From NCBI GenBank assembly GCA_904063045.1, contig CAJFCJ010000030.1:62001-126000 (forward strand): DNA of 64,000 nucleotides, given 5' to 3'. The notes under the pieces are model-generated. The model saw nothing but the letters and a program-made list of their open reading frames with translations, was not told the origin of the DNA and did no database searches. Positions 52,409 through 63,265 of the stretch are shown here, piece by piece. The position numbers and the translations under genes are program-made. This DNA is from Dimorphilus gyrociliatus (taxonomy: Eukaryota > Animalia > Annelida). Numbering within the stretch: the first letter of the stretch is position 1; each line of letters begins with the position of its first letter.

Positions 52409-55400
52409 ATGAGCAGATATAGAGGTGGCTATCGAGGCGGTTGGGAAGAGCGTGGTCGACCACGTAGAGGTGGTGGCAGAGGTGGTGGTCATCGCCAATA
52501 TAGCAATGAGTACGAATATGAGTTTTTCGGTGCATATGATCAGCCTAAAAATAAAAGCAATAAGAAGTATGAAAATCACTCTCATCATGACAAAGACGAT
52601 TCCAAATATGAAAAAAAAGAAAAGAACAGGGATAAAGACGATAAAGATAAGCAAAAACATGAAGGTTCCAAGTCGAAAAGTTACAGCCGCAACAGACCAA
52701 AATCGAACTCAGAAAAGTAAAATATTCTCTTTGCATTTTTCTTTTTCTTTAATAGGAGTATATTCTAGACTTGAGCAATCTGGCAAACACGCTGAAAATG
52801 AAACTAGGCGATTGCAAGAACTCAATAAGCAAGAGGCTGATGAAAAACTGCAGGAAAAAATTATGTTGCAAAAGATTGAAGAGGAAAAAAAGGCCCAAGA
52901 AGAAAAGAAAAAAGAAGAGCTTAGAATACAGGAGGAGGAGAAAAAACGTAAAGCCGAAGAAGATAGATTAAAGAAGATAGAGGAGGAGAAACTCTTAGAA
53001 CAAAAGAGGGTACTTTAACGAAAAGTTCTAAATATGTTTTAATTGCAAATAAAATAAAATTTTAAATAACAGATTGAAGATGAAGAAAAAAGGAAATTAC
53101 AGGAGGAAGAGGATGAGAAGGTAACTACACTTATAGCCGCTTGAGATGAGATTCTAGAGAATTGTTTTTATTTTTAGAAAGTATTGATATCGTTTATTGA
53201 GGAATTTAAAGAGAGACTTGAAACAAAGAAGAGTTACCGGGAACAAAATTTTAAATCGATAGGTGAGTAAGCTAAAAATATACCGAACACTTGTTATCAT
53301 TATCATGAACATTTAAAAGGCAAAAGACCTGACGAGAGCTTCTTTTCCAAATTGGACTCCAGTCTCAAAAAGAATACTGCCTTTGTAAAGAAATTAGTGA
53401 GTTCATATCTTGTGACGAGTGTATAAAATACTAACATTTATCTTAAATGCAGAAAAATTTGGCGGATGGGCAAAGAGAATCACTATGTAAAGATGTTTCA
53501 ACTTTAAACTTATCAAAATATATAACCGAATGTGTAAGTTATTTTGTTAAAATACTGACGTTAAATTAAATTTCACTTTGATGATTTAATATTTCTAATT
53601 GCGTACTACAGGTTTCTGCTATCGTTGAAGCGAAATTGAAGTTATCAGATGTTTTCTGTGCTGTTCAAGTTTCTTCTTTAATTCATCAAAGATACGTAGA
53701 ATTTTCCAATCTCCTATTAGATTTACTGCAAAAGAATTTACCTTCTAAAGTGGACAAGGTTTTACTGATTTTTAATTTAAAAATAGATTATCAAGATAGT
53801 TTTTTTGAAAATAGATTACTAATCATTCAAAATATCGTGTTGATATTCGACTGTTATCTGATTTGATATCTTACGGAGTATTCCCTTTGGATAAAGGATT
53901 ACCAATCTTACGTAACCAACTTAAAATCTTGGTTGAAGATTGTGAACAATATATAAATGTTGTAATATCTTTTTGTCGACATTGTGGAGAGGATTATTTG
54001 GGAATAGTGCCTCGAAAATTTCGGTAAATGATAGTTCTTTACTTTCTCTTTTTCGAACTTAACGTTTTGATTTATTCATAGAATTCTTTCTGAAAAGCAT
54101 TGTTTGACTGTACCTGAAAGTAATCTATTAAAAATGGAAAATCGGATAGAATTTCAGCAAATCTTGAAAGTTTGTAATAGGATTTTGTTTTCATTTACAA
54201 TACTTAATGACATTCTTTGAAAACTTAGAATTATTACGCGGTTTTTGCTCAAGCTGTAATAAAAGACAAGGAGAGTTTACTGAAACTTGAAAAACAGGCA
54301 AAACGGGTTCTACAGGTAGGCTATACACTCCCAATGTTAGGTAATTGTTACAACGGTAAAAATCTTTAAAAAGCTAAATTATCTTATTTACAAATTAATT
54401 TTATGGTGGTCTAGAAAATTTTCTACTGTAGGATAGATGACTTTTGAAACATCAGGGAAAATTTTAGATATATATCTATGTTTTAATAATGAGCTTTTCA
54501 CTCTTTTCTACAATTCTGTAAAAATTTGGCCAGCTATTAAGTAATTGTAAGACAGTTGCAATGACCTCATAATTAAGAGTTGTGTCGTCAAAAATATTTT
54601 TGGCCTCTAAACATTGTTCTCTTGTTTTCGTATCTTCTAACAAGACTTTAGTACATGATATCTTTGCTTTTATTGAAATATGCCTTATTTATCCAAAAAA
54701 ATCTGCATTGATATTCTCAATTACTTATCAAGGCGGCCAGAACTGAGATTGCAAAAATGTTTAGTTGCAATCCAATCACGGTTCAAAGCATAGAGAACAA
54801 GTTTAAAGAATTTCGAAGTATGAAAGACTTACATAGGTCTGGTAGACCACATAAAATAACAAGAAGAATGGAATTGCAGATTACAAAAATGTGCAGATCT
54901 AATCCAAAGTGGACAGCACAAGAAGTTTAACAAAACTGCCAGTGCCAATTCAGATATCACAGTCTATTGTAGAAAAAAAACTATTATGCAAATACAAGCT
55001 GAATGGAAGAATAGCTGCTAAAAAATCAGCTCTAAATTGGAAACAAATTAAGTAAAAAATTTTGCAGCCAAAAGCTTGAGTAGAGTTTTAATAGGTGGAA
55101 GAAAGTAGTTTTTACTGATTAGAGCAAACTTGAACTCTATCCTCATAAGGAGGCCGATAGGTAAAATAAATGACCCTAAGGACGCCACCAAACTGTAAAG
55201 TTTGGAGATGAAAGTGTCATTGGTGTTTGGATATATAAAGATTACGGAGGTAGAGGACTGTATAAAGTTCCTCCTAGGTTAAATGCTGATGAATATATAA
55301 AAATCACTCGACCATCTCCTATCCAACTATAAAAGGAATGAGATATTTCAGCAGGATGGAGGCAGCTGTCATACAGCAAAAAAAAACAATAACGTTTCTG

Positions 55401-58400
55401 AAGAAAAATAAGAAATTGTTGGAAAACAAGCCTGCAAATAGCCCAGCTATCAATATAAAACAGCTTTGGGAAATTTTTGTGGAGGAATTTTTCAAAATTT
55501 TTGATTCTGAGATACAATCTTTGTCTCCTCCATAGAGAGAGGGCTATAAAAAAGGCAAAAGAAATGCACACAAAGTATTAAGTCTTGTAATTTCGTAATA
55601 TACAATTGTATACTAATTTAAAAATGTATAAATAAAATAAAATGAGTATTTGTGATAGACTTGATTTGTGTAACAATTACTGTATTAGTTTCAATTAAAA
55701 GTATGCTGATAAGTAGTCTTTGTCTTTAAATAGACAAAGGGAGAACTCTCTGCGGAACGTAAAGAAAAGTTAGAAGCTGCTCAACAATCCCATTCTAAGA
55801 TGGTCGGGAATTTAAACATCCTTTCTGTAAGCTTTTTAATAATTTGTTTAATAATATAATTTCTTACGGAAATATTTTGTTTTAGGACCTGCTGGAAGAG
55901 GATTTGCCTGAAATTCCAGAAGAAGGTATGGTGTGCAATATATTCCTCGTATATCAAAATTTTCACATTACTATTTCCAATAGAAAAAGATGAAATGGAT
56001 ATAACGTTAGACCTTATTCAAGGGAATAAAGCAGGAGAGGTAGATTATCTCAATTAAGGTTATTTCTTTTTACTTTATACATTTTTTTAAAGTATGAACT
56101 GGAAACCCAAAATCAATTATTTGAAGATGAAGACGAAAGAAATTTTTATGAACACTTGAAAGATCTCAAGTCTACACTTCCTCAAATTCTTTTTAAAGAT
56201 TGTCCTACTACGGATAATGTAGAAACCGTCGAGGATCAGCAAACAACTGCAGATGAAGGTTTGTTAAATCAGAAATGTAATGAATATCCTTGCAATTGAA
56301 GTGTTGCAGACTTGAAAGTCGAAGATATTGAGAAGGAATTGGAAACTGTTGAAGATTCTGAAAAGAAAGAAGATGAACCAGAGCCAAATTTACCCGATGA
56401 TGATGGTTACAATATTGAAATACATGTTTCTGATTATTAATTTTTAATTTTTCCGCAGAGGATGATGTAGATATAAACGGTTCTATGAAACTGATTTTTG
56501 ATAATTTTGTAAAGAATTTACCGAATTGTGTTAATCGCGATATGATTGATAGAGCTGCAGAGGATTTCTGCACGAACATGAATACAAAAGGCTATAGAAA
56601 AAAATTAGCCAAAGCTTTGTTTAATGTTCAACGGACAAGGTAAAATGATTGAAAATTCAATAGATCTTCAAATATTATATTATTATATATCCTTTCAGAT
56701 ATGATTTGTTACCTTTTTATTCTCGATTTGTTGCTACTTTGCATCCTTGCATGCCAGATGTTGGCGAAGATCTCATCTCCTATCTTAAGTCGGATTTTCG
56801 GCATCATGTTTGTATAGTAATATTTATAATATTTTGCTATACATACAATTTGAAATATCTTTAGTTGAGAAAAAAGGACCAAATTCACATTGAAAGTAAA
56901 CTAAAGACTGTGCGATTCATAGGAGAACTAACCAAATTTAAAGTTTTTCCTAAAACTGATACTTTGGCCCTTCTAAAGGTTTATTGTTATAAACATTAAG
57001 TTTTGATTAATATTAACTTTGAAAAATTTTCAGTCTTTATTGTATGATTTAAAACATCATAATATTGAAATGGCTTGTGCTATGTTGGAAAGCTGTGGTC
57101 GATTTTTGTATAGATCGCCAGATTCTCATTATCGGACAAAGGTCTACTTAGATGTTATGCTACGGAAGAAAGCAGCATTAGCCCTGGAGTCTCGTTATAA
57201 TATAATTATAGAAAATGCATATTACTATTGGTTAGACACCTTTTTCTTGTTTAATTTTAAATAAAATACTTATTTCCTATTGTAACAGTAATCCTCCAGA
57301 AGGTAAAAAAGAAGAGCGAAAAGAAAGACCACCAATGCATCAATATATTCGAAAATTACTATATAAAGACTTGACGAAACTAACTATAGAAAAAGTCCTA
57401 AAACAGCTAAGAAAGTTGGACTGGGACAATGAGGAAATTAAAGAATATGTAATTAAATGTATTTCAGCCATTTGGAATGTTAGATTTAATGGTATCTACT
57501 GTGTGGCTAATGTTCTAGCTGGGCTGTCTGCTTATCATGTAAGAATCTCTTCTATAGCTTTGTTATAGTATTTTAAAAATTTTAATAACTTGCAGGAAGA
57601 TGTTGGAATAGCCGTAGTGGATAGTTGCATTGAGCAAATCCGATGGGGACTGGAACTCCCACGCCTTTCAATATTCAAACAGCGCCGACTGGCTGTGTTA
57701 AAATTTATTGGAGAGTTGTATAACTACAGATTAATTGAAAGCGCTTTGGTATTTAAAGTCCTTTTCTCTTTAATAAGTTTTGGGGTCAATTTTTCTGGTA
57801 ATTGTAAATTTAAAAAATCGATCTTTGCCATTTAATCATAAAAATATTTATAAATCAGATGAAGATCCCTATGATCCCCCTCTGGATCCATTTCGCGTTC
57901 GACTCGTTTGTACTGGATTAGATGTATGTGGAGGATATTTCGATAGAGGAAGCTCTAAGAGACGATTGGATTGGTTCTTAGTGTATTTTCAAAGATATTT
58001 CTTTTTTAAGGAGAAACAGTTTAAAGACGCTCAGATAGAATTCCCGTCAGAAGTCTATCAACAAGTTGACGACTTATTCTCAAATCTAAGACCAGATATG
58101 AAACGTTTCAAATCATATGAAGAAGCTAACGCGGCTTGTGAAAAGCTAGATAAAGATTTCTATGAGAAACTAAGTAAAGCTTGCTATCATATTTTTAAGA
58201 TTTTCCAACCTGTTTTTTTTTGTAGGAAAGAATCTCCCTGAACTGGAAGAAGCAACAGCCTCAGATGAAGGACTAAATACAATTCCTGAAGACGAAGAAG
58301 AAGGTTTATCTTTGCAATTATAAAAATAAATTTGAAATGATAAGCATTTTTTATTGTAATCTAGATGAGAATGATCGACAAGAAGAATATCCAAACAATC

Positions 58401-59109
58401 CCCGATCTGAAGATGAAGATGAAGACACTCTGGAAGGATCTTCAACCGAAGGAGAAGGACTAGACTCTCATGAAGACGACCTCGATAACGTTAAAGTTCA
58501 CTCAAAACTTGATTCCGAACCAACAGTAGAGGATACAGAATTTTTATCAGCTTTCGAAAAGACAATGTCTGAAAGCTTACAAAGCCGCCAAACAGAAACC
58601 GTCCGATATCCCCAATTTGATGCCTCTGTCCCAATTAACTTAAAAACTCAACAAAGGAAAGCAGGTTTGAAGGAGGATTAATAACACAATATATTTTTGA
58701 TTAAAATTTCTTTTAATTACAGGCGCTGCTGTACCTGGAGAAGTTGATGATGAGAAACGAACTGTTAATTTTGTGCTCATGACACGTAGAGGAAACAAAA
58801 ATAATTTCTCAGCACTTCATGTTCCACTGGATGCAAAATTAGCCGAACACAGTCGCGAACGTGAAAAAGCGGAACGTGAAGAAAAATTGAGAATGAAACA
58901 GATGGTTTTAGATATTCACGAACGGCAGGAAAATGAGGATTACCGAGTGCCTTACATTGATAACATGGCTCCGACACCTTACAAAGATAAGTTAATGCAT
59001 AGTCAAAACAAGGGAGTACCAGACGCCGATTCTATCTTTGGAAAGTAAGTCGGTTGGAATTCTATTTAGTGAATATTAACTCATACTTAACAGAACAAGA
59101 AAGCAGTGA
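52409..59109 (+). CDS. UPF2: Regulator of nonsense transcripts 2 (three MIF4G domains, acidic region, UPF1-binding C-terminus); many exons
   Basis: RPDESFFSKLDSSLKKNTAFVKKL, LNLSKYI, LPNCVNRDMIDRAAEDF, RYDLLPFYSR, KLKTVRFIGELTKF, FKHHNIEMACAMLESCGRFL, RLAVLKFIGELYNYRL, DPPLDPFRVRLVC, LMTRRGNK, PDADSIFG. The last intron (59045-59093) adds KTRKQ-stop at 59107-59109. The 5' end is uncertain. Confidence 0.94.
54341..55680 (+). mobile_element. Decayed Tc1/mariner DNA transposon within a 1418-nt UPF2 intron (54316-55733)
   Basis: Interrupted transposase from about 54680: HTH region EIAKMFSCNP..DLHRSGRPHKIT, LNGRIAAKK, DDE-core VVFTD, FQQDGGSCHTAK, NSPAINI-QLW, with many stops and frameshifts. Residual 12-bp inverted repeat gtaattgttaca (54341-54352) / tgtaacaattac (55669-55680). 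Confidence 0.85.
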
Positions 59110-59739
59110 CGATCACAATTCTCGTTGGACGAAGCGAAGAGACGGCGGATGAATAGCTGTTTTCCGATGGCCAGACTATGCTACTGAACGGGAACAAAAG
59201 ACGGCCGTAGAGTTACTTTGATGACGACCAATAAGAACAGCTTTTACTTTTTTCAATTGAAAAACTGGATCGCCACTCTCAGTTGACAATGAAAGTCTTT
59301 GGTTTTGACCAAAGTACGTCACAAATAAACTTTTTCGTTTGTCAATTTGGCTTAGTTTTTAGCGGGGTATTCGAATACAAAATAAAAAATTCGATTCGAA
59401 TTTTGTTTATTCACAGTTAACAACTTTGACAATTAATAAATATACATACTTAAAGGATATGATTTATCCCCTGTTGAAAGATAGTCATAAATCAAATCTC
59501 AATAAAATAATACTCTGTTGTCCTACAAGGTAAATATATACATAAAGCATGTATGTATAGACTTGACCACTGACACTACGATCTACCCTAAGGCAAATTG
59601 TTTATCAAGATTTCGATTATATTGTTTTTCTCTTATATTTCCTTTTGGTATATCTGGGAAATAGGTCAATTTATCTTTCTAAATTTGTTTCGTTCTACAA
59701 TTCTGTATCGAAATTCTTACCTGATCTTTTATACTTTGA

Positions 59740-60110
59740 AAAGGTAAGTTACCTAACGAACTGAGAACTGCAAAGTCCGCAAGACTATTATAATACGACA
59801 TCGATTTTAGACAATTTTTACAGTAAAAACGTATCAAGTGTTATTTATTAGAATTTCTTCCAACTAAAAACAAACATTAATCAAGTAAAAGTTAGATTAC
59901 TTATCAAAAGAACCCTTTAATTACCTTCTAAATTTCGACAAAGTATACGATAAAGTTGGTAATAAAAGTCAATTTTACCATCAATTTACCAAGTAACAAA
60001 CGGAAAATTTTTTGTTATTAAATTAGGTTATGTTTTTTCCAAGGCAGAGCTATATGACCGATTGAAGAACGTGGATAAAAACCATTCGTTTACGGCGGCT
60101 ACCAAAAGCC
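59740..60110 (+). mobile_element. Possible heavily decayed non-LTR retrotransposon reverse-transcriptase fragment
   Basis: Collinear short pieces in broken frames: GKLPNELRTAK, SILDNFYSK..VIY, YLLNFDKVYDKV (compare RT motif FLDFxKAFDKV) and TWIK. Recognised by eye only. Confidence 0.3.
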
Positions 60111-60470
60111 AATAAGTTATACAACTGAAAATTATTAAGGAAAAATAATGTGTTTGATACCCTTGAGAACAAACATCAAACGTATATTTATCTATGAAGA
60201 GAATTTCTCAAGGAATCAAGAAAAAAAAGAGTAAATTAAGAGCTAAGAACATTCTTTTCTATTGACTATTAATGATAAATCTAGTTATTTCTTTCATGGT
60301 CTAAAAAAATCTTTAAAGGCGTTAGAAGTTTTCTTGTCTATCATAAAAAAACGAGAAAATCCCATCTTTCGATACGTTTTCAAAATAATTTCAACGCAAA
60401 ATTTCAAGGTAAAGAGTATTAAAGTTTATTTATTTCTACTTAAACTTTCATTATACTCTTTTATACTTGA

Positions 60471-61127
60471 CTAAACAAGAGGTTGTGCTTCAAAATTTCG
60501 TTCATTTAATCTTGTTACGGCAAGGTGCAATTTTGTTCTCTTACATGGTCGACAGCAGCAGCAGCAACAACAACAACAAGTTAAGAGTATTATTGCAAAT
60601 ATAAAAGCAAGAGGAAAGATTGCGTAAAATATTGGAGAAAAACAGATATTACTAATTCTAAAGTATCCGTGTTCACATAACTTTATGTCGCATTTGTCCC
60701 AGGAACAGAAAGAAGTGATATTCTGTGTAGTCGCAATACCAAACGGAATATTCCGATTATCCTCCGCAATGATTCCAATAAAAGGAGCAGGGCTTACATC
60801 TGCACTTGAACAGCCCCTTAAAATCAAAGATGCAGTGCCCCCAAGTCCAAATGTCTGAAGTACCGAAAGAGCGGTTACTTTACTTTTGGAATAATAGCAA
60901 TCATGTTCGCATTCTTCTACGTTTTTAGGATTGTTATCGCAATTTTCGCTGACAAGAGATCCAGTCACTTGTGAGATCTTGCTAATAAATTGCGCTTGAG
61001 GTCCATAACTTTCTCCAATTTTCAACCCTTTAAATTCAAAACAACTATAGCATTTCTTAGAATCAACAACAGTTGTCCATGTAACCAATGTAAAAACGAA
61101 AACTTGAAGTTTTAGAGAGAATAGCAT
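60471..61127 (-). CDS. Single-coding-exon membrane protein: signal peptide, Ly6/uPAR (three-finger)-like Cys domain, TM helix, poly-Cys tail; 218 aa
   Basis: Hydrophobic N-terminus, then KCYSC...C...CEHDCY...ILRGC...FCSWDKCD, TM IFYAIFPLAFIFAIILLT, then C9-RPC. The ATG is immediately preceded by a tttag acceptor, suggesting a 5' UTR intron or an upstream exon. Confidence 0.72.
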   Translation of the reverse strand: MLFSLKLQVFVFTLVTWTTVVDSKKCYSCFEFKGLKIGESYGPQAQFISKISQVTGSLVSENCDNNPKNVEECEHDCYYSKSKVTALSVLQTFGLGGTASLILRGCSSADVSPAPFIGIIAEDNRNIPFGIATTQNITSFCSWDKCDIKLCEHGYFRISNICFSPIFYAIFPLAFIFAIILLTCCCCCCCCCRPCKRTKLHLAVTRLNERNFEAQPLV

Positions 61128-62477
61128 CTAAAAATAAAAAGAATATATATTATTATAATCATAAACAATACACAACGTAACAGACAAACGCAATGTAAGA
61201 CTGTCCTAGTGAAAAAAATATGAAAACAAAAGAAATACCAAGTTACATTTAACTAAAATAGATTTTTTACTAATCCATTTATGTTTAAAATGTATTACTC
61301 TGACCTAATTTTAACCCACGTGCTTATTTACGACATTACAGTTTCGGAGAAAGCAAAAAATAGCTAAACTCTTCTATTCAAAAGCTTTAAATTAATACAT
61401 ATTACATTAATATTCGCTAAAATATATCGACAATTTAACGTCAAAACTTTCATAATAAACGATTTTTGGAACAAAAAATAAGCCAAATAACAAAATACTG
61501 TTGTATTTTTCTTTTCTAATTCGAAGAACAAAATTGATCCTTTTCATCAAATAAAGTACTAATGTTCTTTACTTGAATAAAAGCGGCTAATATCTCAAGT
61601 TTCTATTTAAATTATTCAAAAGATGTAGTTAATAATCCAATATTATATGGAAAAAAGGTTAATACATGTTGATTACCTTAAAAGAGATTTGGAAGCACTG
61701 TTTTGACTAACGGATGTCTAAAATACTGCGTAAGCATACCAGGAAGTCACGTGGTATATATCATCTTCGAAATTTATCTAATTTGAATATTTGACTATGC
61801 GTTCAACAGGTGGCGTTATATAGGAGCGTCGAAAAAGGCAAATACATATAATATATAGTATCTAATGCATTAAAGTACTGCATTAAGACATATATGTAAT
61901 ACACCTTTATGTAGTATTGTTAAAAGTACATTAGTGCCATCTGTAGTTGACCCGTCGGCATCGGTATGAACTACTAAAGTTTACTAATTGACGTTTCTAA
62001 GTGAAAATATTTGAGTGAAAGGCAATATAACAAACTTAAGAGAATGTTGTTACTTTAAAGTTTTGCCAAATTTTTCAGTACAATTTTAAATGAAGCAGCT
62101 AAAAGAACTTTTGATTTACATAAACAATACTTTTTAAGTGTAGAATATTTCAAGTATAAATGTTATATTTTTAAAAAAAGTGATCAATAAAGTTACATCA
62201 AAGTGTCATTCTGTTAAATTACTTGAAAAGAACATGTGCATATCATCATTCATGCATGAAAGACCTTTATACTCATTATCATTAATTCATCAATATGGTC
62301 AGAAAAGATAGAGTGAAGTATCTCTAGCTCAAAGCGTTAATTTTTATAATGAAAAAGCCATTGACATAATAACTATTTCATCATATAAAAATAAAAGGAA
62401 AAAAGTAACAAAACAGTATCGTTTCAATTTCAATTGAATGATTAAAATATGTTCACTCTATGTCAAAGAACTATACT

Positions 62478-62481
<4 letters not shown>

Positions 62482-62513
<32 letters not shown>
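62482..62513. repeat. (CT)16 microsatellite
   Basis: Perfect CT run visible directly. Shorter imperfect (CT)n runs also occur near 36715-36743 and 45858-45894. Confidence 0.92.
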
Positions 62514-62518
<5 letters not shown>

Positions 62519-63265
62519 ACTCTATATAAAAAATGTGTTTGAAATTATAATAAAGTAGGGAAAATTGTATGATATTAAAGAAGTTCGTAATTGTTTTATT
62601 GAGAAGAGAAATATATTAAAAGGGAGGAAAAGGTCGAAAGTAGGAGGGCAAGGTTTACTTTTGGATGATCTTTGAGTAAATTGAATAATTGGTCGGCCAT
62701 CTGACGGCAAAAAATATGACGATAAAACGATATTCTTCAGGAAATGGGTTAAAAAATTAATTTCTTTGATTCTTAAAGCGATATATGAAATATAAGCGCG
62801 TGCTTGGAATTCTTATATATTGTTTGTTCTTTATACAGCCATATATCATGCATGATCGAATTTCAGCTTTGATGATTGTACTATGAAATATGCATTGAAA
62901 ATTCTTAATTATAAATATTTTAACTTTATATAACTCGAATTATATTAAAAGATATGGAAAATTTCAACTGTATGGAATAAATATAAAAGAAGTATAAGTA
63001 AAGAAATTAACAAGCTATCTATATCCATTTATTCTTCTTTTATTTTTCCTATTCATTCTACCAGCACTCCCTCCTTTTATCCCCTTCCCCCCCACCCACC
63101 ATGCCAGCTCACCCTCCTCTCTAAGTACTTCTAATACATGTGTTTGTTGTTTTTTTTTCTATGTAATTCTTTTATTTTTCTTTTTGAACTTGATCTTTTT
63201 TTCTTCTTTTTCTATCTATTCCTTTTTTTTTGTTATACCGCAGCAAGGGAAAAAAAGCGAAAACT

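Noticed and set aside
59100-59250. U3 snoRNA-like features (GGATGA, TAGCTGTTTTC, TGATGA, AGAACAGC)
   Set aside because: The highly conserved U3 box A/A' and box B sequences and a terminal box D (CTGA) are missing. Kept only as a possible 3' UTR structure.
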